Positions 1 to 11,688 of a stretch of 64,000 bases of DNA are shown one piece after another. The position numbers and the translations under genes are program-made. The DNA lies in NCBI RefSeq assembly GCF_006345805.1, contig NC_043014.1:47058001-47122000 (forward strand), written 5' to 3'. The DNA is from Octopus sinensis. Taxonomy: Eukaryota. The notes beneath the pieces are model-generated. The model was given only the letters and a program-made list of their open reading frames with translations. It ran no database searches and was not told the origin of the DNA. Numbering within the stretch: position 1 is the stretch's first letter; each line of letters begins with the position of its first letter.

Positions 1-296
1 CAACTGAATGCAGGTCGCTATGGTTACCACAAGATAAACTTAGTGATAAAACAAATCCTAGTCGGAGTAAATAACCCTTTAATTATGGAGCCAGTGGGCA
101 ACTATTGTCCCAGGGCAAAGGGAATTTAACTTGTTGGGTGGAGGCGATAGAAGCAGATGTTTCAAATGGGATGCCACTACAAGCAGTTATTTCCTCCATC
201 ACATACCCTTAATATTGTAGCAGAAGTGACAAATATCCTGAACAAGGCACTGAAATACTATAACCTTTTGTTAAGTTACATTTTCCAGCCTTTTAA

Positions 297-1013
297 CCCT
301 TTCATTACCAACCCCGCTGAAACCGACTCTCGCTCTGAGTACAAATGTCTTGTTTCCATAAGTTTTGAATTAAAATCTTCCACCAAACCTAAGTCACAAT
401 TTATGTTCCTAACACTAGCTGAATGATATCTAAGTTATTTTACTCAATTCTTTGTTATATTTAAAATTAATTGAAAAAAACACAGAGCATCTCAAAATAA
501 ATATAGTAATGAAAGGGTTAAAATATATAATAGAGAAATAATTCTTAACCCTTTTAATACCAACCCGGCTGAAACCGACTCTCGCTCTGAGTACAAATGT
601 CTTGTTTCCATAAGTTTTGAATTAAAATCTTCCACCAAACCTAAGTCACAATTTATGTTCCTAACACTAGCTGAATGATATCTAAGTTATTTTACTCAAT
701 TCTTTGTTACATCTAAAATAATTGAAAAAAACACAGAGCATCTCAAAATAAATATAGTAATGAAAGGGTTAAAATATATAATAGAGAAACAATTCTTAAC
801 CCTTTTAATACCAACCCAGCTGAAACCACCTCTGGCTCTGTAGTACAAATGTCTTGTTTTCATAAGTTTTGAATTAAAATCTTCCTCCAAATGTTAGTCA
901 CAATTTATGTTCCTAACACTAGCTGAATGATAACTAAGTTATTTTACTCAATTCTTTGTTATATTTAAAGTAATTGAAAGAAACACAGAGCATCTCAAAA
1001 TGAATGCAGTAAC
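297..1013. mobile_element. Three tandem copies of a TTAA-flanked piggyBac-like MITE (297-517, 549-768, 800-~1013); another copy at 45106-45315
   Basis: TTAA|CCCTTT...AAAGGG|TTAA ends; period 251-252 bp with a repeated spacer. Confidence 0.8.
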
Positions 1014-1169
1014 AAAATAAATACAGTAAGCCATTCTGAGGAGCTGAAACACTGACAAGAAAGTTTTGACTTAACATCCAAACTTAGAAAAATATCAGTA
1101 ATGTCCATGTGGGGTGTTTGGTTATTTCAGTACCTCAGGTACAATGTATAACTGAGGGAGTGTGTACAC

Positions 1170-1585
1170 TCTTTTACTCTTTTACTTGTTTCAGTCATTT
1201 GACTGCGGCCATGTTGGAGCACCGCCTTTAGTCGAGCAAATCGACCCCGGGACTTATTCTTTTGTAAACCCAGTACTTATTCTATCGGTCTCTTTTGCCG
1301 AACCGCTAAGTTACGGGGACGTAAACACACCAGCATCGGTTGTCAAGCAATGCTAGGGGGACAAACACAAACACACACACACATACACATACATATACAT
1401 ACATATATATATACATATATACGACGGGTTTCTTTTCAGTTTCCGTCTACCAAATCCACTCACAAGGCTTTGGTCAGCCCGAGTCAGCTATAGTAGAAGA
1501 CACTTGCCCAAGGTGCCACGCAGTGGGACTGAACCTGGAACCATGTGGTTGGTAAACAAGCTACTTACCACACAGCCACTCCTGC
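1170..1585 (-). mobile_element. tRNA-derived CORE-type SINE, family A. Other copies: 11447-11856(-), 28637-29015(+), 30780-31160(-), 31688-32075(-), 32582-32966(-), 33476-34055(-), 34362-34752(-), 35805-36000(+), 43235-43625(-), 62027-62410(+), 63668-63900(-), plus fragments
   Basis: Head GCAGGAGTGGCTGTGTGGTAAG...GGTTCAGTCCCAC (A/B-box-like); CORE-like CCTTGGGCAAGT; central (TA/CA)n; (GAGTAAAA)n tail. Resembles the described octopus OR-type SINEs. Confidence 0.88.
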
Positions 1586-1991
1586 ACCTATGTATGTATT
1601 TTGTTTATTTATTTACTGATTTCTTTTTCTGCCTGTTTTTACTCCTCTTTTTAACCATTTTCTTACTATTTACCTTAATAAATTATACTGTTTTTCACAA
1701 GACATATTTATTTATCGATTTATTATTATTATTACAGTATGTCTTCTCTATATGTTACTGATTTTCTTCTAAGTTTCTTGATAACATTCACTTTAAAATA
1801 TCGTCTTGTCGAGCAAGTCGATATTTTGGCCGACCCAAATCTCCCAAAATGTTTATAGATACCACAGGTAAGTAGAAGCAGTACTGTCAAATACGTGAGT
1901 TTTATCAATGGGCATTCTTTCGATATAACTCGATTTAAATCAAAACATTTCACTTGGGGTATTTCCATGGGTTGTGGAGTATAGATATAAC

Positions 1992-2391
1992 GGCAACCTT
2001 TCGTCTCTAGTAGACCTTTCCGTCGATTTCCGTAAAAATTTTTTTTTTTTTTTTACATATGGGCTTGCGGGAACTTTTGAAGTAATGAGAGCGAAAGAGA
2101 CTAAGAGAAAGCGATTGTATGACAAGGGAAATTCTTTTGAAGTTACCGTGCATGTGAAGCATTGATGTACATGTGTGTGTGTTTGATGGGGTGTGGGAGA
2201 CAGACAGTATGTTGTGTAAGTGAAGTGCTTCTGTTAGTGTGTGTGAAAGAAAGAGATAACTGAAAATTTTTACTCGGTGTATGTGTATATGTATGTATAT
2301 TACTTCAAAAGTTCCCGCAAGCCCATATGTAAAAAAAAAAAATTTTTTTACTGAAATCGACGGAAAGGTCTACTAGAGACGAAAGATCGCC
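1992..2391. mobile_element. Merlin-like MITE family M1, copy 1 (nested in an older foldback element at ~1905-2580)
   Basis: TIR GGC(A/G)A(C/T)CTTTCGTCTCTAGTAGACCTTTCCGTCG; exact 8-bp TSD GATATAAC (1984-1991 / 2392-2399). Confidence 0.82.
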
Positions 2392-3859
2392 GATATAACG
2401 AAATTATGCCAGCAAAGTAAGCCTTGCATATTTTGTTCTTACCTGTTTCATGTGTGTAGGTAAAATCTGCAAATTTCCAATCAGGAATCAGAATCGAACT
2501 GTCGTTTGCTTCCACGGAAATACCCGAAGTGAAATGTTTTGATTTTGTCGAGTAATATCGAAAGAATGCCTATCAATGGTACATCTAGGTAGACTTGGAG
2601 GATCTTTTCGGTTTGAACGGCAGTTTTTTCTAGCGGTGTCATATGAAATTGTCACCCATAATTAAGACCCTAGTATCAATCTATTGCATTTCAATCTGTT
2701 TTAGGGTTAGGGGTGGGGGGAAGGGTATCTTTTTTTTCTTCACAAATGTAAATAAACCCAATCTGTTTCTTAAACGAGGGACATATTCATACGGCACAGA
2801 ATGTTTTCACCTCAATAGACGTCATTGATTGGTTGAAATTGCAGAAATTGAAGAAATAAAACAACAAATATCTTACAAACTATAGAATTTTCTCAATAAA
2901 GCCAAGAGAAAAAGATGTTTTATAAACACATTCTACCAGTATACGAAGTTTAAAATTTTTTAGTTACCTACAAATTATGTTAAAAACTGCCGTTCAAACC
3001 GAAAAGATCCTAATTTTTCATATCAGTAATGTTCAGTTGATCCATATAAACATTAGATTACTTTCGTTGGTCGCTACCGAATATCCATCTAGATTTCTAA
3101 AGCTGGTATCAATAAATTCTAATTAGCTGGTGGTTATTTACAGGAACATAAAAACACAAAATATTTCGTGACTTGAAAAAAATAAACATCAACATTTTCT
3201 GTTGTGTCAGAAATACGAAAGAATGTAAACACAAATCAAAAGACCATATTAAACATTATTTCCTACACACACACGAAGAGAAAAAAAGATTACTTCATAT
3301 GTACTGAAATGTATAAATAGTTATTGAATAATAAAACGATGTATAATACCTGATATGTGTCAACATGATGCTTATAAAGGGTGCAACATGTAAAATTCTG
3401 CGGCATCGCAGGAAAGCAGCAGATCTGTAAAGAAATATGGCGATGGCGTTAGAAGAAGGGAGGTTATTCTAGCTTTAGCGTCAGTCAGTGTTACACCAGA
3501 GAAGTGATTCGAGAAGCAACTGAAGAGAAAGCTCTTGTTTATAATTATAAATATGAAGTGATGAAGTTATTTACGAAATTATTTGTGATTTGACTCAAAG
3601 AAATATTTTTCTACAATTAGAAAATGGCGGTAACAGAGAGGCAAGGGAGGTAATTCTGGACGTGTGTTTCTCACTTTGATGATTCTAGCAGACAACACAC
3701 AAATTTGGTATTCCCTGATGTTAAAAATCAATCGATTCTCAGTTTAAGCAGAAAAATAAATATACAGTGAAACTTTTTCTACAATTTTGAAGCTTTATAC
3801 GCCGTATATAATTAGATCGTTTCAAACGAATCTAATAAGGCGTTGCTATGCAACTCTAT

Positions 3860-3899
3860 AACTTAGAAAATGGCGCTGTGACAGCGTTGCAGGGCTAGT
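3860..3899 (+). mobile_element. Helitron-type 3' terminus (5' end not located; body probably ~3.0-3.9 kb)
   Basis: Hairpin CGCTGT-G-ACAGCG (3874-3886) 8 nt upstream of CTAG|T (3895-3899). Confidence 0.5.
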
Positions 3900-5301
3900 T
3901 AACAAGTTGGCAGGGTTTCTCAAATTGGACGAACACGCACACACATGCACAAGCATACATACATGTGTATCTGTGTATTCTAACTTCAGTATTATAGATT
4001 CATTTCAAACTGTCAAATAGACAGACAGATTGATAGATCATCATCATCATCTTTTAACGTCTGTTTTCCATGCTGGCAAGGGTTGGACAGTTTGACAGGA
4101 ACTGGCCAGACAGAGAGCTACACCAGGCTCCAATTGCTTGTTTTGACATGGATTCTATGGCTGGATGCCTTACCTAATGGCAAACTCTTTTCAACGTGTA
4201 CTGGGTGCATGGCACCAGAACAGACGCTTTTACATGGAACCAGAAGGAATGCAAAACCCAAGGATAAAGCTCCTTCGTCCAGCCAAATTGTTCAAATAAG
4301 CAGAGAAAAAACTATTCCTGTGAATTAATAAGCTGTATACTATATCAAACTGAGCCTACATCAACATCTTTAACATATCTCACAGCTCAAACCTTATACT
4401 AAATATTTTATCCAATCATTTCTCTCTAGAATGGCAACCTCTGCAAGGAATCACTTTTTCTTCAGACATTAAATTTACAGAAGTTGAAAAAAAAAAACAT
4501 CATCTACATTCACATTAACAGTTTGGGAAAGCCTGCCGATGTTCCCTGAACACAATTTTTGCTCTTGTTTGCACGAAATAATAGAACAAATAATTTCTAA
4601 CAAAGGCACAAAGCAAGAAATTTTATGGCAGGACACAATTAGCCAACTATATTGACCCATATTATCTCATATTTTATTGAGAAAATTCTGTAGTTTGTAA
4701 GATATTTGTTGTCTTTTTTCTTCAATTTCTGCAATTTCAACCAATCAATGACGTCTATTGAGATAAGAAAAAAACATTCTGTGCCGTATGAATATGTCCC
4801 TCGTTTAAGAAACAGATTGGGTTTATTTACATTTGTGAAGAAATCTAAATAAACCCAATCAAACCGAAAAGATCCGAATCTTGCAAACCAAATCCAAAAA
4901 ACGAATTATATATATATATATATATATTCAAAGCAATAAAGTTAAATTCTGGTCATAGAATGACTGATGCTGTTGCATCCACAAAAGCCACATCTTAATG
5001 GGCAGCTCATGAAACTCAAAACAAAAACAAATTTAATTCTTCGTTTGGTCAAAAGATCATCGGAGAATAAAAGTTTCGGCGTTGGTGAGGACGGGTTGTC
5101 TCCCCTAGACCAGCCAATTTGGAAAATAGGGTTCTATCTCCTGGCCTGCGGCTTTTGTGGATGCCAGACCATAGGTCACTCTAAGGCCAGACGTTAACTT
5201 TATTGCTTTAATACTTTACTGCTCTATACTTAAGAGTGTGTTACTTATTCGGATATACGTTATATTGCCAATATCTATCTATCTATATATATATATATAT
5301 A

Positions 5302-5459
5302 CTTTATTTAAAGCAGCAGAAAATTCAACAAAATCTGTTACTCTGAGTTTCTCGTTGCCGTTCATCAGACAGTTTTTGCTAGCAAAAACTGTCTGATGAA
5401 CGGCAACGAGAAACTCAGAGTAACAGATTTTGTTGAATTTTCTGCTGCTTTAAATAAAG
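5302..5459. repeat. Perfect 158-bp palindrome with zero spacer (inverted pseudo-LTRs)
   Basis: Centre AGTTTTTGCT|AGCAAAAACT at 5380/5381; the arms match base-for-base out to CTTTATTTA/TAAATAAAG. Confidence 0.95.
5383..5432 (+). ncRNA. Minimal type-I hammerhead-ribozyme-like motif (mirror copy on the minus strand at 5329-5378; partial third copy at 5905-5944)
   Basis: Stem I CAAAAACTGT/ACAGATTTTG; core CTGATGA (5393-5399); stem II CG-GCAA-CG (closed by A.A instead of G-C); GAAA (5410-5413); short stem III CTC-A-GAG; GUA cleavage triplet at 5420-5422. Confidence 0.6.
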
Positions 5460-5528
5460 CATATTACTCTACCACTGGTATTTGAGTACTCTTTTTTCCA
5501 CCTTGTTTCACATTTATGTGTTTACTCC

Positions 5529-5605
<77 letters not shown>

Positions 5606-5608
<3 letters not shown>

Positions 5609-5807
5609 TGGTTTTCAACCAAGGTTCCGCCAGTACAGTCCAGGGGTTCCACCAAGAAGTTACAAAACTGCTCAAATCGGCAGTAATTTTTAAGTCTCCT
5701 GTGCAGATATGTGTGCATAAAACTATTAAATTATTGCACAGGGGTTCCTCGAGCCAGTGGAATGTTTCCTTGGGGTTCCGCTCCAGCAAAAAGTTTGAAA
5801 AGCACTG
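5606..5807. mobile_element. hAT (Charlie-like) MITE
   Basis: TIRs CAGTGGTTTTCAA / TTGAAAAGCACTG, inserted in a TA/TCTA repeat. Confidence 0.7.
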
Positions 5808-5822
5808 ATCTATCTATCTATC

Positions 5823-5858
<36 letters not shown>

Positions 5859-6125
5859 ATAATATATATATATATACTTTATTTTAAGCAGCAGAAAATT
5901 CAACAAAATCTGTTACTCTGAGTTTCTCGTTGCCGTTCATCAGAATATTTATTGGCCTGCTCGCTTAGCCAGCGCGGTGGCGTCATTTGAAGGCTAAAAC
6001 AATGCGAAGCGCATTGTGACCAGCGATGTGTAGCAACATCTGATTGCCTGGTCGATCACGGTGTATATGTGTGTGTGTGTGTGTGAATATATAAATACAT
6101 ATATATATATGTGTGTGTGTGTGTG

Positions 6126-6160
<35 letters not shown>

Positions 6161-6200
6161 GTATATATATATATTTATATGTATATATATGTGTATATAT

Positions 6201-6256
<56 letters not shown>

Positions 6257-6288
6257 TATATTATATAATATATATATATATATATATA

Positions 6289-6590
6289 TGAATAAATGGA
6301 GTTTAACGCAGGTGTAATCAAATATTTTTACTTTCGACACATGTTTCGAAAATTCCACTGATACTATTCAAAAGAATAAATGGTATAAACAATGTGCAAT
6401 CTTCTCCCCAGGAAAGTGAAAAAAACGAAACTCGTCAATAAGACATTTTAGCAAAAAAAATTTTTTTTTTAAAAGAGAAGATTGCATTGTTTATTTATTC
6501 TTTTGAATAGTATCAGTGGAATTTTCGAAACATGTGTCGAAAGTAAAAATATTTGATTACACCTGCGTTGAATTCCTTTTATTTATTCAT
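6289..6590. repeat. Foldback/MITE-like element with ~95-bp inverted arms next to (TA)n
   Basis: AACGCAGGTGTAATCAAATATTTTTACTTTCGACACATGTTTCGAAAATTCCACTGATACTATTCAAAAGAATAAAT followed by its reverse complement. Confidence 0.85.
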
Positions 6591-6745
6591 ATATTATTCA
6601 AAATATTCAACGTAAACACGAAGTTTCTACCTTTATAAACAAGGAGTTACAACACATTTACTTGTGAGATTTTTGCTGCCCTGGTAACTATTTATTTATT
6701 TTTTCCGTGTTAATTGTTAACAAGGTAAAAATACACACATCTATT

Positions 6746-6792
<47 letters not shown>

Positions 6793-7080
6793 TCATCATC
6801 ATCATCATCATCGTTTAACGTCCGCTTTCCAGGCTAGCATGGGTTGGACGGTTCAACTGGGGTCTGGCAAGCTCGAAGGCTGCACCAGGCCAGTCAGATC
6901 TGGCAGTGTTTCTACAGCTGGATGCCCTTCCTAACGCCAACCACTCCGAGAGTGTAGTGGGTGATTTTATGTGCCTCCGACACAGGTGCCAGACGAGGCT
7001 GGCAGACGGCCACGCTCGGATGGTGTTTTTTATGTGCCACCGACACAGGTGCCAGACGAGGCTGATATATATATATATAT

Positions 7081-7285
7081 ATACCAAGTAAGGACTGAAC
7101 ACGAAAAGTGGACAGTCAACATGCTAGATATAGACGTCAAATCGCCATTCTCCACAAAAGATTATGTTCTCAAATCAAACTCAGCACATAATCTGAGAAC
7201 ATAATCTTTTGTGGAGAATGGCGATTTGACGTCTATATCTAGCATGTTGACTGTCCACTTTTCGTGTTCAGTCCTTAATTGGTAT
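7081..7285. repeat. Hairpin with 84-bp perfect arms (7089-7172 / 7194-7277) and a 21-nt loop, embedded in (TA)n
   Basis: Direct reverse-complement match of the arms. Confidence 0.92.
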
Positions 7286-7368
7286 ATATAAATATTTTAA
7301 TCTTCGGATTCTTTTTTTAATATGCTAGACCACTGGTTTTAATTGATAAATATTGATTTCTACCCTTA

Positions 7369-7457
<89 letters not shown>

Positions 7458-7563
7458 GTAGGTGCTGGCCTATATACAGAGTACTTACTATAATTTATTT
7501 ATCATGACAAACCAACTTAATATCATTATATATTTAAGTCACTTGCCACTTATATATATTTCG

Positions 7564-7627
7564 GGGGAAATCCGTAAAAAAACAAGCGACTAAGTTGCCA
7601 AGCGGTGTAACACAAAAGAAATCCCCC
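7564..7627. promoter_or_regulatory. Two NF-kappaB/Rel-like sites upstream of the caspase
   Basis: GGGGAAATCC (7564-7573) fits GGGRNWYYCC. AGAAATCCCC at ~7617-7626 reads GGGGATTTCT on the minus strand (9/10 match). They lie ~250-310 bp upstream of the ATG in non-repetitive sequence. Confidence 0.4.
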
Positions 7628-7874
7628 GGAATTACTATTATCGTTGTAATATACGCAATCGGTTAAGAGGAATGGTTTAGTAGCAAAGAAAAGATTTAGT
7701 CACGCTAAATTTGAATTCTACTGAGTGTGATAAAAAAAAATATCAAATATTCCCGTCAGGGACCATAAAGAATTGTCTGTATTCTTCCGTGAGGAGCCGT
7801 GAAGTGCGTGTTTAACGAATAAGTCACCTTCTATGAATCGAGTTTGACGTTAGAAAGAGAAAGAAACAACGACC

Positions 7875-9074
7875 ATGAATCATATTTATTTGGAAGCTCT
7901 GATAAAAAATCGAGTGTTTCTCGTACGCAATATCGAATATTCGACTTTGAGAGATTTTCTCATACAGGAGAACGTGTTCCCGATGAGTCAAATTGAAGTA
8001 GTTGATTCCAAACTTCACAGAACTGCCCAGATTAGGGAATTAATTGATATACTTCCTCGTCGCTCTGACAAACAATTCGTACTATTCTTACAGTGTCTCT
8101 CTTACTCCGAACAGAAACACATCGCCGATAATATAGCGAAATGTGTCTACAAACTTATAGAAGCAAATAAACCCAAATTGAGTATAAATGAATATAAACG
8201 TATTAATGAAAGTATATCTAATTTGACACTGACAGAAGCTCCGAGTTATCCAACTGAAAACGTTGATGAGAACCATTATGAAATCGCTTTTTCGCCCCAA
8301 GAGGAAACTCAGTCTGAGAGCAGTTTCCTATTCGAAGAGAACGAACCCAGTTATGAAAATGGCGAGGACAGTAATCCAACGGTCAGTTATTTGTCGTATT
8401 ATAAAATGTCATCGGAACCAAAGGGTTTGTTTTTCATCATAAACAACGATACGTTCAAAGATTGCTCTTTAAACCGCAATGGATCTAAAAAAGATGTGAG
8501 TGATTTGATGACTTTATTCTCGGATTTAAATTTCGTTCGCGACAAAAAAGAAAATCTAAATGCTATGGATATGAAACTTGCTTTATGGGGATTTTCCCAG
8601 ATGACATTATTAGGAAAAGCTGATTGTTGCGTTGTTGTTCTCCTCACACATGGCAAAAACATAAATCAACTTTTAGGAGTTGACGGAAATGTCGTTCATC
8701 TAGACGACCTACTTGCTTACTTCAATTCCGAAAACTGTCCTGCTTTGGTTGGCAAACCTAAGTTATTCATTATACAGGCATGTCGAGATGATATTAAAAC
8801 GCAATCTTATCACCAAGCTGCTATTCGCTCCGATGTAGTCATCGCTTATTCAACATCACCAGGACATGTTTCCCATCGGGACCCTCAAGAAGGCTCTGTA
8901 TTCATCCAAGAAATTGTCAGTGTGTTCAGTGAGTGTTCTAAGCACATGTCTATTACAGATATGTTGATAAAAGTTAGAGGAAATATAAAACAGAAATATC
9001 CCAATGTATCGCAATACCCAATAACCGAGTTTGCCTTAGAAAAGAGTTGGTATTTGAACCCGACTCTCCATTGA
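7875..9074 (+). CDS. Intronless CARD-containing initiator-type caspase (CARD + acidic linker + p20/p10), 399 aa
   Basis: N-terminal ~90 aa is CARD-like (LIKNRVFLVRNIE...DFLIQENVF...QIRELIDILPRR...FVLFLQCL). The p20 has YKMSSEPKGLFFIINN, RNGSKKD, VVVLLTHG (His259, 8649-8651) and GKPKLFIIQACR (Cys303, 8781-8783). The p10 has SDVVIAYST, SHR...GSVFIQ and QYP. Open frame, no stops. Confidence 0.93.
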   Translation: MNHIYLEALIKNRVFLVRNIEYSTLRDFLIQENVFPMSQIEVVDSKLHRTAQIRELIDILPRRSDKQFVLFLQCLSYSEQKHIADNIAKCVYKLIEANKPKLSINEYKRINESISNLTLTEAPSYPTENVDENHYEIAFSPQEETQSESSFLFEENEPSYENGEDSNPTVSYLSYYKMSSEPKGLFFIINNDTFKDCSLNRNGSKKDVSDLMTLFSDLNFVRDKKENLNAMDMKLALWGFSQMTLLGKADCCVVVLLTHGKNINQLLGVDGNVVHLDDLLAYFNSENCPALVGKPKLFIIQACRDDIKTQSYHQAAIRSDVVIAYSTSPGHVSHRDPQEGSVFIQEIVSVFSECSKHMSITDMLIKVRGNIKQKYPNVSQYPITEFALEKSWYLNPTLH

Positions 9075-9137
9075 GGTATCCCGTACCCGTAGTACACAGG
9101 TGAGACCTTCGACTGCTCCAGTCACCATTCTCGCAAG

Positions 9138-9205
<68 letters not shown>

Positions 9206-9878
9206 ATGTGTGTGTGGTTGTAAAATTGATGAACTGAATACAATTTTTTTTTCTTGGATAATCTATGAATACCCATATTTGTACAACACAAGTGCGCAAA
9301 AGTTTTTGGAAAATTCCAAAAGATATATTTTAATAAGAAAAACAAAATGCTGTTATTTGGTGTGCTGGAACCAGAACTCCATTATTTATTATTTACCTTT
9401 TTTTTCTTTAATTTGTAAACCGAAATATAATAATTATACAGGCTAAGAATGTCTAATATATTTGGTTATGGTATGAATACGGTGTAACTGACGGCTAGTG
9501 AGTGGCACCAGTTCTTGTAAGTAACTTTATCCCAACTTTCATGCCAGGCAGACAAGTATTATTTACATTTTTCACGTCTTGTTGGATTCTACGAAATGAA
9601 GATCAGTTGTACAGTCCTGGTTGGCTGTTCTTGGATAGGTGCACCACCAATTAATGACTTAACAGGTTGCCTTGCAACACATAATTAATCATCATCACCA
9701 ATATGTCGGATTCCGATTTTACCACATACACACATTTTCAATTTCTTTTACTCACAATGACACACAGACACCCTTTTTCTTTTTATCGCAATATTGAAAA
9801 AAAAAATGGAGGTTGTGATATCCTAAACTTTCAGTTTTTAAAGTCCATTGTCCACTTTCATTTTCCACTTAATTTTTC

Positions 9879-10283
9879 GGCGATCTTTCGTCTCTAGTAG
9901 ACCTTTCCGTCGATTTCCATAAAAAAAAATTTTTTTTTTTATATATGGGCTTGCGGGAACTTTTGAAGTAATATACATACATATACACATACGCCGAGTA
10001 AAAAATTTCAGTTATCTCTCTCTGTCTCTTCACACACACTAACAGAAGCACTTCATTTACACAACATACTGTCTGTCTCCCACACCACATCAAACACACA
10101 CACACATGTACATCAATGCTTCACATGCACGGTAACTTCAAAAGAACTTCCCTCGTCATACAATCGCTTTCTCTTAGTCTCTTTCGCTCTCATTACTTCA
10201 AAAGTTCCCGCAAGCCCATATGTAAAAAAAAAAATTTTATTACGGAAATCGACGGAAAGGTCTACTAGAGACGAAAGATTGCC
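9879..10283. mobile_element. Merlin-like MITE family M1, copy 2 (opposite orientation)
   Basis: Same TIRs; exact 8-bp TSD AATTTTTC (9871-9878 / 10284-10291). Confidence 0.82.
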
Positions 10284-11652
10284 AATTTTTCTATTGTTAA
10301 CAGGGATTGGTTTATTTTTCTGTTCTGTTCGATTCTTTTTTTTTGTTGTTTTTGTTTTATATACTACACCTCTGTTCAATGACACATCAATAATGCATCA
10401 ATACTTGTAGTGTAAGTATTCCAATTGAATTTGATCAATGAAACAGCCTGCTTATGAAATTAATGTGCGAGTGGCTGAGCACTACAGATATGAGCACATA
10501 TAATATAGATCTCCAGGAGATTCAGTATGACTCAGATTGGGACTCAGGTTGACCCTTTGAATTACAGGTGAAACTCAGTTTTGCCAGCTGAGTAGACTGG
10601 AGCAACATGAAATGAAGTACCTTGCTCAATCCTGACCAGTGGCAGCTCGTAGATAAAATTAGTAAAGCTTACTGCTTCAGAAATTTTTTAGCCATATTTT
10701 TTAATATTGTGTAAAAGGAAACAAACATATAAAAAGAATATTTATACATAAACTTGATTGGTTCGCATTTTAGCCACTGCTGGGTAGTGTGTTTAATTGC
10801 TTTACTGAATACTGCTGCGAACTCACCCTTATTTTTCAAAAATCCCTCCTAAATCACAAAAGAAGGTGGGAAAATCTGCCCTATTTTTCAAATCCTGGCA
10901 GCGACAATGTAGCTGGAAGCAGGATAATAAACTAAGTCTACACTTTATCATGTTCAAGAATATAAACACGCTTTTGAACACAACACACACAATCATAAAG
11001 AAACACAACCTTTCACCAGCACATCGGGGTCGGCACTGCATGAACCAGTGTGCTCCCTCTTCCTAGCGTGCAGCTTCCTATCTTGGATATGCGAGCATAT
11101 GCACACGTGGTGTTTTCAGACACCACATTGCTAGAACTGCGAAAGGCACAGTTTATACAAGGATTTTTGTATTTTTTTTTTCATAAACTAGGGGTTGGCT
11201 ACTGGCATTGAGGGTTATATAATGTACAAGTATAAAAATAGAATTAGGGGGTTCTGCAGTTCCTGTACATGAGTTGCCGCTGATCCTCACCTTACACCCT
11301 TATCACTGAGCCACACACTCTATAACTAACACATCTTTCAGTTACTGACCTGCAAATGCACAAGCTGGGTCTTTAAAATCTCTGATCTTGAAATACTTCC
11401 TTAAATCAAGAATAAGGAGTATTTATAGCCTTTTCTCCCTTCATTTACTTACTCTTTACTCTTTTACTTGTTTCAGTCATTTGACTGCGGCCATGCTGGA
11501 GCACTGCCTCTAGTTAGGCAAATCGACCCCCGGGACTTATTCTTTGTAAACCCAGTACTTATTCTATCGGTCTCTTTTGCCGAACCGCTAAGTGACAGGG
11601 ACGTAAACACACCAGCATCGGTTGTCAAGCAATGCTAGGGAGACAAACACAG

Positions 11653-11688
<36 letters not shown>

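Noticed and set aside
3435-3875. YY1-type AAAATGGCG promoter cluster
   Set aside because: The motifs lie inside what appears to be a Helitron-like body ending at 3899; no associated gene.
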